IMG/VR virus record: IMGVR_UViG_3300025127_006147
Span: 1 to 64,000 of that record
DNA: 64,000 nt
Direction: 5' to 3' (one strand)
Source of the DNA: a virus
Made by a program: the position numbers and the translations under genes. Within the stretch, counting starts at the first letter, position 1. Every line of letters starts with the position of its first letter. Positions 29,179 through 38,102 of this stretch are shown one piece after another. The notes beneath the pieces were generated by a model that was not told where the DNA came from, did no database searches, and saw nothing but the letters and a program-made list of their open reading frames with translations.

Positions 29179-29553
29179 ATGGAATTTTTTATAAGAAAAG
29201 ACTCATTAGAACCAGTATTAAAAATGCAATTAATACAAGATGGTAGAAACGATTTCAGAAAGTTTTACCAAGGTTTAGAAAATGCTATGTTAAGTTTTTC
29301 TATGAAAAAGGTAGATACTGGTGAGTACGTAATTTTAAATAAAGCTGCTGGTATCGTACAAAAGACACAGGTAGACCCAATCAACGACCCCGAATATTAT
29401 ATATACTACAGATGGCAACCAACAGACGTAATGGAAGAGGGAAGATATCAAGGTCAGTTTTTAATCGAATTTTTAACAGACGGGACCCAGTTAGTGGCTC
29501 CAGTAAGAGAAGATTTATATATCAATATTCAAGAAAGTTTTGGAATTATTTAA
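29179..29553 (+). CDS. BppU N-terminal-like (Ig-like) virion protein
   Basis: FFIRKDSLEPVLKMQL..YYRW..GRYQGQFLIEF pattern; TATTTATA at 29157-29164. Confidence 0.55.
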   Translation: MEFFIRKDSLEPVLKMQLIQDGRNDFRKFYQGLENAMLSFSMKKVDTGEYVILNKAAGIVQKTQVDPINDPEYYIYYRWQPTDVMEEGRYQGQFLIEFLTDGTQLVAPVREDLYINIQESFGII

Positions 29554-29554
29554 A

Positions 29555-29583
29555 TTGACATCTCACAAATAGTTTCTTATATT
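29555..29583 (+). promoter_or_regulatory. Host-RNAP-type promoter upstream of DNA polymerase
   Basis: TTGACA-N17-TATATT. Confidence 0.6.
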
Positions 29584-29651
29584 TTAATTAATGTTAAGTA
29601 AAATTCACTAATAGAGTGAAGCTAATATTACAAACGAAAATTATTATATAC

Positions 29652-32363
29652 ATGAAACCTACACAAGAAGAAATCCAACAATTTTTAGAAGGGAGTGACC
29701 CAGAAAAACACATAGTAGCGGTAGAATATGACTATCGTAGCAGTTCTATATTTAAAATCAAAGAAGACCCAATTAATGGTAAACAAATAGTTAAAGATAC
29801 TTTCGTACCTTTTGCTTGGGTTGGAGACTTAAGACCTTACAATTTTTATTCTAATAGTAAAGCTAGACAAAAAGAAGCTATGAGTAAGCATGGTATTCTT
29901 ATAGAAAAACTAGACAACCATAACCAACCAAGATTAGTAGAAGGATTAAATTTTATAATTAAAACTACTAAAACATATCAAAACCTAGTTTCATTTTTTA
30001 GAGAAGGTGGTGTAAACCCTTGGGGAGAAAATACTAGGTCATCAATTATTATACTTAGTCCTGTAGAACAATATTTAATTCAAAAAGAAAAAAGACTGTT
30101 TAAGGGTTTTGAAGATTATAACGATATCCATAGATTAGTTTTCGATATTGAGACTACCGCACTCAGACCTTCTGATGGTATGATATTTTTAGTAGGGATA
30201 TTAGATAATAGAGGCAATAGTGAAATATTTTATGCCCATGATGATGAAAGTGAAAGACAATTAATTATTAATTTTTTTGAAACTATTAATAGAATTAGAC
30301 CTACCATAATAGGTGGTTATAACTCCGCGTCCTTTGACTGGGAATGGATGTTTAAAAGAGCAGAAATATTAGGATTAAACATAAATGAAATTTCACATAC
30401 ACTACATCCAAATATTAATATTAGAAGAAAAGAATCTATACTTAAGTTAGGTGCAGAGATAGAAGATTATATGTCTACAAATATGTGGGGTTATAATGTT
30501 ATTGATATTGCACATGCGGTTAGAAGAGCACAAACAATTAATTCTGACATTAAGTCTTGGGGACTTAAATACATCACACAATTTATTGGAGCAAATAAAG
30601 AAACTCGTGTATACGTACCTGGTGACAAAATATCCTCGATATATGAAGAGAATGAAGACTATTATTTTAATCCAAGAACTGGAAAATATAAGTTAAGAAA
30701 TACAGAAGGGTTAGAAAATTTATTACAGAGACACCCAAACGTTTACGAAGAAGTTAATGGACAATTTATAATTAAAAAATATCTTGAGGGTGATATTGAA
30801 GAAACACTAACCGTTGACGAGGAATTTAACCAAGCTTCATTCTTATTGGCTTCAATGGTACCAACTACCTATGAAAGGGTGTCTACTATGGGAACCGCTA
30901 CACTATGGAAAATGTTGATGTTGGCTTGGTCATACAAACAAGGTTTAGCTATACCTAAAAAAGATGAAAAAAGACCTTTTGTTGGTGGATTGTCAAGATT
31001 ACTTAAGACTGGTTATTCTACTAATGTACTTAAACTGGACTTTAGTTCACTATACCCTTCAATACAATTAGTACATAAAGTTTTTCCTGACTGTGATGTT
31101 ACAGGTGCGATGGAATCTATGTTAAAATACTTTAGGGACACTAGAATAAAGTATAAAAAATTAGCTGCAGAATATTATGGTGTAGACAATAAAAAATCAT
31201 CATCTTATGGTAGAAAACAATTACCTATTAAAATTTTCATTAACTCGATGTTTGGTTCTTTATCCGCTCCTCAGGTTTTTCCTTGGGGTGAAATGGATAG
31301 TGGTGAAATGGTGACTTGTACAGGAAGACAATATCTAAGACACATGATTAGGTGGTTTATGGAACGTGAGTATTCTCCTTTAGTATTGGATACTGATGGT
31401 GTAAACTTTTCATCACCAGAAGGTGTAGAAGAACGTCTTTACATAGGTAAGGGACATAATGAATTAGTGGTGGAAGGTAAGGAATATAAAGGTGCGGATG
31501 CAGATGTAGCTGAATATAATGATTTATATATGAGAGACGAAATGGGTCTAGATACAGATGGTACTTGGCCTTCTTGTATAAATGTAGCTAGAAAAAACTA
31601 CGCTCTTTTAACAGATAAAGGAAAAGTTAAATTAACAGGAAACTCTATTAAATCCAAAACATTACAGGGATTTTTGGTTGAGTTTATAGACGAAGGTCTA
31701 CAAATGTTGTTAAAAGGTGACGGTAAATCTTTCATAGAACACTATTACTCTTACGTTGAGAAAATTTACAACAAGGAAATCCCACTATCTAAAATAGCTA
31801 ATAAATCTAGAGTTAAATTAACTGTCGCGGAATACAAAGAAAGAGCTAAAAAAGTAACCAAAGCTGGAAACCCTATGTCTAAAATGGCACATATGGAATT
31901 AGTTTTAAAAGAAAATCTTAGAGTTAATTTAGGTGACACTATCTATTACGTTAATAACGGAACGGCTATGTCTCACGGTGATGTACAAAATAAAAAATTA
32001 AAAGATGGAACTAAAGAAACTATATTAAGATGTTACAGAATTCCTGAAAAAGACATAGAAGAAAAACCTGAGATGTGTGGAGACTACAACGTACCAAGAT
32101 ATATGAACACTTTTAATAAGAGGGTTGAACCTTTATTGGTGGTTTTTAAACAAGAGGTGAGGGATAGTTTAATTGTGAATAAACCAGAAGATAGGCAATT
32201 TTTCACGACTAAACAATGTGAGTTAATAAATGGTTTAGCTAGAAAAGAAGGAGACCAAGATGATTTAAATGAAGTTTTATCATTGTCTGATGAAGAAGAT
32301 GTCTTCTGGGATAAAATGGGTCAGGACCCAGAAAAATTTCTAGAACCTCTAGGAATTTTTTAA
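29652..32363 (+). CDS. DNA polymerase family B
   Basis: FDIETT (ExoI), YNSASFDW (ExoII), LDFSSLYPSI (motif A), KIFINSMFG (motif B), LDTDG (motif C). ATG 29652 (MKPTQEE) preferred over the track's 29616. Confidence 0.95.
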   Translation: MKPTQEEIQQFLEGSDPEKHIVAVEYDYRSSSIFKIKEDPINGKQIVKDTFVPFAWVGDLRPYNFYSNSKARQKEAMSKHGILIEKLDNHNQPRLVEGLNFIIKTTKTYQNLVSFFREGGVNPWGENTRSSIIILSPVEQYLIQKEKRLFKGFEDYNDIHRLVFDIETTALRPSDGMIFLVGILDNRGNSEIFYAHDDESERQLIINFFETINRIRPTIIGGYNSASFDWEWMFKRAEILGLNINEISHTLHPNINIRRKESILKLGAEIEDYMSTNMWGYNVIDIAHAVRRAQTINSDIKSWGLKYITQFIGANKETRVYVPGDKISSIYEENEDYYFNPRTGKYKLRNTEGLENLLQRHPNVYEEVNGQFIIKKYLEGDIEETLTVDEEFNQASFLLASMVPTTYERVSTMGTATLWKMLMLAWSYKQGLAIPKKDEKRPFVGGLSRLLKTGYSTNVLKLDFSSLYPSIQLVHKVFPDCDVTGAMESMLKYFRDTRIKYKKLAAEYYGVDNKKSSSYGRKQLPIKIFINSMFGSLSAPQVFPWGEMDSGEMVTCTGRQYLRHMIRWFMEREYSPLVLDTDGVNFSSPEGVEERLYIGKGHNELVVEGKEYKGADADVAEYNDLYMRDEMGLDTDGTWPSCINVARKNYALLTDKGKVKLTGNSIKSKTLQGFLVEFIDEGLQMLLKGDGKSFIEHYYSYVEKIYNKEIPLSKIANKSRVKLTVAEYKERAKKVTKAGNPMSKMAHMELVLKENLRVNLGDTIYYVNNGTAMSHGDVQNKKLKDGTKETILRCYRIPEKDIEEKPEMCGDYNVPRYMNTFNKRVEPLLVVFKQEVRDSLIVNKPEDRQFFTTKQCELINGLARKEGDQDDLNEVLSLSDEEDVFWDKMGQDPEKFLEPLGIF

Positions 32364-33221
32364 ACCATCAGAAGAAAGTATAAACCAGTTAGTGTTGTCC
32401 GATAATACCTCAATACTACTTTGTGGTCCCATATTAATTTCTTCCCACTCACCGTCTATTTTACCAGATTTTGTTTTTACTGTAATATTAGCCATAGATT
32501 TAATATAAAAACGGTTAAGGTTAGTATCATTAAGTGTGATGGTTAAATCTTCTGTAGCTATAATATATCTTGTATTAAGAGTAGTGTAGTTTGAATTTAT
32601 ACTTACGGGGATATTCTCTATATTTTCAACTGTCTTCTCAACCACAGGGATTTTACCCTGTTTTAATACAGCAATTAATGCTATAGTAAGTAGTTTATAG
32701 TTTATACCATCAGGTTCACCGTTTTCATCATAAATTACAAAATCTTTAAGACCTACGGAATCTACTTCCTCAGCAATTAATCCTACTGAAGATTTTCCAT
32801 TATTTTTCCATTTAAATTTTACTGGTGTTAATTCTAAAATAGAATTCAATTCAGTAAGATTTATTGGTTTTACATCTTTTTTATATTTTAAAGATGAAGC
32901 TACTCTAAAAACTTCGTTAGTGGACACATCTATTTCTAAGTCTGTCCCAGTACCTGTTGGGATTAGGTCTGAATTAATCTGTATAGCTGACTTACCAAAA
33001 GTTAAATCTGGGTCTAACCCCATAGAAAAAACCGCTGTATTAGCTGATGTAGATGTAAAATTAAAATTATAAGTAGACGAATCACCAGATTTACTAATTA
33101 AAACATTTTGTTGTAATCTACTACTACCAGACATTTCTGCAGTTGTATCACAATTTTGATAAACTTGTCTAGAAAAATCTATTTTAGTTCTTAGTCCGAA
33201 TCCTGGATAACTATATCCCAT
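32349..33221 (-). CDS. Fibre/spike-associated protein with an internal intramolecular chaperone (peptidase S74) domain
   Basis: SSLKYKKDV..ILELTPVKFKW..GLIAEEV..GINYKLLTIALIAVLK, followed by about 95 further residues. Confidence 0.72.
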   Translation of the reverse strand: MGYSYPGFGLRTKIDFSRQVYQNCDTTAEMSGSSRLQQNVLISKSGDSSTYNFNFTSTSANTAVFSMGLDPDLTFGKSAIQINSDLIPTGTGTDLEIDVSTNEVFRVASSLKYKKDVKPINLTELNSILELTPVKFKWKNNGKSSVGLIAEEVDSVGLKDFVIYDENGEPDGINYKLLTIALIAVLKQGKIPVVEKTVENIENIPVSINSNYTTLNTRYIIATEDLTITLNDTNLNRFYIKSMANITVKTKSGKIDGEWEEINMGPQSSIEVLSDNTNWFILSSDGLKNS

Positions 33222-33222
33222 A

Positions 33223-34344
33223 TTATATTACATTATAAGGGTCCTGGAATGGTCTGTATCCCAAGGCTTTATTAAGATTTTCAGCTACTAGAGCTTTTCT
33301 TTCCATTAATTTATCTTCTCTTAATCTTTCTAATCGTCCCATTAACTCCTCTGATAATTTTGTTTTTTCATCTTGTGATTCACTAAACAACGACGAATAA
33401 TCCATAGTCAATTCACTATCAGGAACTTTTAAAGCTCCACTAAATTTACCTCTTACTCTACCTAAAGTTTCTTTTGCGAGAGCGGTAAAATATCTCCTAA
33501 CCCAAGCTCTAGCTGGAGAATTTAAGTCAATCCATTCTATATCACTAATAGGTGCGTCGGAAGGAACTCTAATAATGTCTTTATTTTGAGCTAAACAATC
33601 ATTCACATTATCATCATTAACATCATAATACCAATACCAAACACGAGCTCCATTTATTTCAGAGTTTCCAAAATCAAATTTACCACCAGGTACATTGTAC
33701 AAGTGAAGATATCTAGTACCTTCTGGTCCAGCTGTAACTCTATATGTTAAGTCAGAACCTATAAGTCTATTTTTAATATTCCTATCTTGCATTCTTAAAA
33801 GAATATCATAAGCCGGCATCATGTAATATGAACCAACAATACCCATTTGTGCAAAACCACCAGCTCCACCCATACCAATTCCACCAAAACCACCAAACCC
33901 ACCTAAGAATGGGTCCACCAACATTTCATTTAATTCTGGTCTATTAAACCAAAGAATTTCGTTTATTTCCCTTCCTGCTGGAATTTGATATATTTGTTGG
34001 TTAGTTACTAATTCAACGTAGTCTTTTTTAAGAATCCACGGACCCATTGTTTGTAAACCAACAATTTTAGAATAAGCATAAGTAAACGAACTTTCCCAAT
34101 CCAAACTACGGGTAGTATATGCTCTAGCTAAATCAGCCTCGTCTACATTAATACCGTCTAATGATGCCCATTGGTTTTCAATTAACCAGTCGTTAACATA
34201 CATAGCATAGTCTTGTATCGCTATTTCTAATAACGAATCCAACATATCATCCTCTAATTCTACACCGACAATCGGTGCACCTAGTTGATGCCTAAGTTGG
34301 GTATATAGTCTCTGTTTGTCTATTACTGAAATATTAGTTGGCAT
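33223..34344 (-). CDS. Neck protein (T4 gp13-like head-tail adaptor)
   Basis: LRHQLGAPIVGVELEDDML..W(V)RRYFTALAKETLGRVRGKF; TATTTATA at 34357-34364 (minus strand). Confidence 0.8.
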   Translation of the reverse strand: MPTNISVIDKQRLYTQLRHQLGAPIVGVELEDDMLDSLLEIAIQDYAMYVNDWLIENQWASLDGINVDEADLARAYTTRSLDWESSFTYAYSKIVGLQTMGPWILKKDYVELVTNQQIYQIPAGREINEILWFNRPELNEMLVDPFLGGFGGFGGIGMGGAGGFAQMGIVGSYYMMPAYDILLRMQDRNIKNRLIGSDLTYRVTAGPEGTRYLHLYNVPGGKFDFGNSEINGARVWYWYYDVNDDNVNDCLAQNKDIIRVPSDAPISDIEWIDLNSPARAWVRRYFTALAKETLGRVRGKFSGALKVPDSELTMDYSSLFSESQDEKTKLSEELMGRLERLREDKLMERKALVAENLNKALGYRPFQDPYNVI

Positions 34345-34382
34345 AATGTTTTTCTATATAAATATTACAAGTTATGTTACTT

Positions 34383-36143
34383 TCAATTATTATGTAACTC
34401 ATTAAATAATTCTGTCATAATATCTGTGTCAGGATGAGAAGAAATATCACCCATAACTGTATCGATAACGTTTTTTTTCTTTTGTAATATATTATATATA
34501 ATTCTTTCTATAGTGTTATCGAACGTTGGGTAAAAACATGAGACGTTTTTTTTCTGACCAATCCTAAAAGCTCTATCTTCAGCTTGTGAATGGTCTGAAG
34601 GAACAAAACTAAGGTCATTCATTATCACTGCCTCCGCTGAAGTTAATGTTATACCCACACCTCCCGCTTTTAAGTTCGATATGAATATTTTCACATCAGG
34701 ATTATTTTGGAATTCGTCTACAGATTTTTGTCTATCTTCTTTAGACATTTGGCCATTTAATATTACAGAGTTATTTGGGTAATGGGAATGTAACTCCATT
34801 AAAGGGGAGGTAAAGTTAGTGAAAACAATTACTTTTTTATCTTGTTCTAAAATATCATTTATTATTTGTCTAGTGTGTACAATCTTACTTGAAGCTATAA
34901 TTTGTCTAACCTTAGTTAGTTTAGCTAAGTGTATGGTTATACTTTCGTTTTGATTTTCATCAGACCAAGACAAATATTCTCCCATTTCTTTTTCATATTC
35001 TGAAGAACTTAATTCTAGATAAACTGGTGTAATAATTTTATCTGGTAAATCCAGTACATCTTCTTTTAATCTTCTAGTAATTTTGTCTTGGGTCCTGTCC
35101 CTTAATTCTTCTAAATTAGAAGCTCCACTAACATTCCATATTTTCCTACCGTTTGGTCCTCTGAATTGTCTACCTTCACAATATCTACTAACATAGGTTA
35201 TCCAGTTGTTAGCCACCCTACTTTTTACCAATTTTAATAAATTATAATAATTTATTGGTCTAGATGTCATTGGTGTTCCAGTTAGTAACCACACCTTACC
35301 TAATTTATTAACTATTTCATTAATAATTTTTGTTCTTTGTGCTTTGGGATTAGAAATGTAGTGAGCTTCGTCTATTATTATTCTTTCAATACCAGAATCT
35401 AATAAGGTTCTAATTGAATCATTTTTAAGTGAATGAAAATTTTTTAAAATATCGTAATTTACTATAATAAATTTACCTTCTTTCCATTTTTTACCTTCAA
35501 CAATAACAACCTCTTCATCTGTATAATTTTCTATTTCTCTTTTCCAGTTAATTTTTAGTGATGCTGGACAAACTATTAATGTACGTTTATTGTTTTCTAT
35601 TATACTAGCGAGAACAGCCGAAGTAGTTTTACCCAAACCCATATCATCAGCTAAAATATACATATCGTTTTTTAATAATGATTCTATAGCTGGGATTTGA
35701 TGTTCCATAGGTGGCCTATGTGAAAAGGGAGTATAATCTATTTTAATTTTTTTATTGGTGGATGGAACTACTTGAGACTTGGGTATCCAAAATGCATAAA
35801 GATTTTCCGAATCTATTACCTTACCCCAAATATGATATGATTTGTCACCCTCTACTAGTATTTTCTCAACCCATATCTCTGTTGGTGCTTTTGGTAGTAA
35901 TTTTTTTTCTTGTAGTTGTTCTGAAAGGTAAGGGTCTATTTTTACTTTTTTTCTAGCTACCTTAGGTATAATATTGTGATTATTTAATACATAGTCCGCC
36001 TGATTTCTAGTTAGATTAAAGTACTTACTTTTAATTTTTTCTTTTAAATCTAATATGAAATTATTAGCTCCACTATATGTGGAGAGTATGTTACGAGCTT
36101 CAACTTCCGGTATTTTTATTTCCACAATATGATAATTATCCAA
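34383..36143 (-). CDS. SNF2-family (SMARCAL1/HARP-like) helicase
   Basis: LADDMGLGKT, CPASL, DEAH, LTGTP, GGVGITLT, QAEDRAFRIGQ. Confidence 0.93.
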   Translation of the reverse strand: MDNYHIVEIKIPEVEARNILSTYSGANNFILDLKEKIKSKYFNLTRNQADYVLNNHNIIPKVARKKVKIDPYLSEQLQEKKLLPKAPTEIWVEKILVEGDKSYHIWGKVIDSENLYAFWIPKSQVVPSTNKKIKIDYTPFSHRPPMEHQIPAIESLLKNDMYILADDMGLGKTTSAVLASIIENNKRTLIVCPASLKINWKREIENYTDEEVVIVEGKKWKEGKFIIVNYDILKNFHSLKNDSIRTLLDSGIERIIIDEAHYISNPKAQRTKIINEIVNKLGKVWLLTGTPMTSRPINYYNLLKLVKSRVANNWITYVSRYCEGRQFRGPNGRKIWNVSGASNLEELRDRTQDKITRRLKEDVLDLPDKIITPVYLELSSSEYEKEMGEYLSWSDENQNESITIHLAKLTKVRQIIASSKIVHTRQIINDILEQDKKVIVFTNFTSPLMELHSHYPNNSVILNGQMSKEDRQKSVDEFQNNPDVKIFISNLKAGGVGITLTSAEAVIMNDLSFVPSDHSQAEDRAFRIGQKKNVSCFYPTFDNTIERIIYNILQKKKNVIDTVMGDISSHPDTDIMTELFNELHNN

Positions 36144-36166
36144 CCTAAATATAAGTAAAAACTAGA

Positions 36167-36178
36167 TATTTATAAATA
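36167..36178. promoter_or_regulatory. Palindromic double late-promoter site TATTTATAAATA
   Basis: Reads TATTTATA on both strands, between the divergent helicase and gp14-like genes. Confidence 0.6.
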
Positions 36179-36191
36179 AAAAACGTTAACA

Positions 36192-36707
36192 ATGAGTGAA
36201 AAAAGAGTGCCCATAACGAGAGTAAATAAGTTTTTCGGTGATGAAGACTTCCGACTCCAGGAGTCCATGGGTATGGAATACCTACACGGCAATTTAAATT
36301 TTACTCTGGTTTTATATAGTGTAGATAGGGGTAAAAGTGTTACTGATGATGTTTACGGTGAAGCTGCTGAAGAAGAAATAAGATTTTTTCCTCCTGTAGA
36401 ATTTAAAGCCTTGGTTAACATTTCGGGCCCTACTAACGATAGTTATGCGGGTGGTCTAATGAGATATTTAGAAAGTGGTAATCTTACTATTAGTGTCTAC
36501 AAAAAAGAGCTTGAACAGTTAGGTATAGACATAAAATATGGTGACTACATAGGTTATCCAGAAACTGAAGATTTTACAAGGTACTTTACTGTATCTAATG
36601 ATGGTAGAGTAGCTGGAGATAATGCACACACTATCCTAGGTTATAAATCTTTTTATAGAACCATAACATGTGTACCAACAAGTGAAAATGAATTTAAAGG
36701 AATTTAA
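36192..36707 (+). CDS. Neck/head-closure protein (T4 gp14-like)
   Basis: DDVYGEA..FFPPVEF..GDYI; position next to the gp15-like gene; TATTTATA at 36167-36174. Confidence 0.65.
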   Translation: MSEKRVPITRVNKFFGDEDFRLQESMGMEYLHGNLNFTLVLYSVDRGKSVTDDVYGEAAEEEIRFFPPVEFKALVNISGPTNDSYAGGLMRYLESGNLTISVYKKELEQLGIDIKYGDYIGYPETEDFTRYFTVSNDGRVAGDNAHTILGYKSFYRTITCVPTSENEFKGI

Positions 36708-36709
36708 TT

Positions 36710-37810
36710 ATGGGTAAAATAAATAAAAAAATTAAAAAGACACTTAACATGTATCCAGTGGTTAGAAATCAACCACAATATCCATCGGGTTATGATGGAT
36801 TATCAACGCCTAAAAGAAGAAAACAATTAGCTGAATTTATTAGTGAAGACGGTACATTTTTACCTAAGAGTGTTCTACACGCTGATTTAGATAAAGGTAT
36901 GTTAGATTTTGTTAAGGATAGACTTCAGATAAGTGTAAATGGTAAAGGAATTTCAATTGTGGACCAAATACTTACGATACAAAGGTGGGCAGAATTTTCA
37001 AATACTTGGTCATTTAGTGATAAGGATTTAAATCCTGAAATTCCGTTTTTGGTAACTGTAAGAAATCCAGCGGTACAGTACGGTTCCAACCCTTCTTTAA
37101 TTTATACTATACCAGATAGAAGAACTTTTCACTATGCTAAAGTTCCTACCTGGGATGGTCAAAGAAAAGGAATGGATTTATATAAAATACCACAACCAGT
37201 TCCTGTAGACATAACCTATAACCTTAAAATAGTATGTAATAGAATGAGGGAGTTAAATCAATTTAATAAAGTTATGATGCAAACTTTCACATCTAGACAA
37301 GCATATACGTTTGTAAAAGGACATTACATACCTATTATTTTAGAAACACTTAGTGATGAGAGTCAAATTTCAGATAATGATAAAAGAAAGTTCTACACAC
37401 AAGACTATCAATTACAACTTCAAGGATTTTTAATAGATGAAGAAGAATTTGAGGTAACTCCAGCAATTACAAGAAAATTATTAGTTTTTGAAACAGATTT
37501 AAAAACTAAAAAACGTGACGCAGGCCCAACTAAAGAAAACCCACTTAGTATTTTTACTGAAACTTTTACTATTGACGCTGGTGTAACCACACTTACCATA
37601 CCTTTTGAATTTGACGCTAATGTTCAGGTTACTGAAACTACCAATAATAATAACTATACTGTAGGTATTGTGATTGACGGAGTTACTGAATTAGTTAGTG
37701 ACGAATTTACAACATACTATGTGTCTAGAGGTCAGAGTTTAAGATTTAATTTAACTCCATTAGATGCGTCAGAACCCCAAACAATTACTTTACAAACAAA
37801 ATTTATTTAA
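36710..37810 (+). CDS. Tail sheath stabiliser/terminator (T4 gp15-like)
   Basis: PQPVPVDITYNLKIV..ELNQF segment; lies upstream of the tail sheath. Confidence 0.68.
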   Translation: MGKINKKIKKTLNMYPVVRNQPQYPSGYDGLSTPKRRKQLAEFISEDGTFLPKSVLHADLDKGMLDFVKDRLQISVNGKGISIVDQILTIQRWAEFSNTWSFSDKDLNPEIPFLVTVRNPAVQYGSNPSLIYTIPDRRTFHYAKVPTWDGQRKGMDLYKIPQPVPVDITYNLKIVCNRMRELNQFNKVMMQTFTSRQAYTFVKGHYIPIILETLSDESQISDNDKRKFYTQDYQLQLQGFLIDEEEFEVTPAITRKLLVFETDLKTKKRDAGPTKENPLSIFTETFTIDAGVTTLTIPFEFDANVQVTETTNNNNYTVGIVIDGVTELVSDEFTTYYVSRGQSLRFNLTPLDASEPQTITLQTKFI

Positions 37811-37968
37811 AGGTCTCCGTAAATGTCTTTTTTTGGTGAACATTTTTCTTTTATCAACTTCTCGACAAACTGAAACATTTTTAAACCGTTTTTACTACAA
37901 TAGTCTTTTAATAGTTTGTGAACCCCACTATCTATTTTAATGTTTTTTATGTTTTTAGGGTAAGGCAT
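37807..37968 (-). CDS. Small ribbon-helix-helix-like DNA-binding protein (53 aa), below the ORF-track cutoff
   Basis: Manual translation MPYPKNIKNIKIDSGVHKLLKDYCSKNGLKMFQFVEKLIKEKCSPKKDIYGDL*: an alternating beta strand followed by two helices. Confidence 0.62.
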   Translation of the reverse strand: MPYPKNIKNIKIDSGVHKLLKDYCSKNGLKMFQFVEKLIKEKCSPKKDIYGDL

Positions 37969-38102
37969 AACCATAAGTATGAAAAAAGTATGTTTTTTTT
38001 CTTACAAGAACTTGCAATAGTCAAAAATGTGGTAATCTTTTGGGATTAGAGATAATATTTATTAATAAAATAAAACCAAAAATATAAAAAAAATTAATTA
38101 AC

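Noticed and set aside
24221-29651. Track start codons at 24221 and 29616 (and 12533)
   Set aside because: They overlap promoter motifs or use weak TTG/alternative starts; the downstream ATGs at 24248, 29652 and 12521 fit leader spacing better.
29652-32363. Intein or group I intron in DNA polymerase
   Set aside because: Motifs are contiguous at normal spacing, and I saw no C/S..HN splice motifs or LAGLIDADG/HNH insert.
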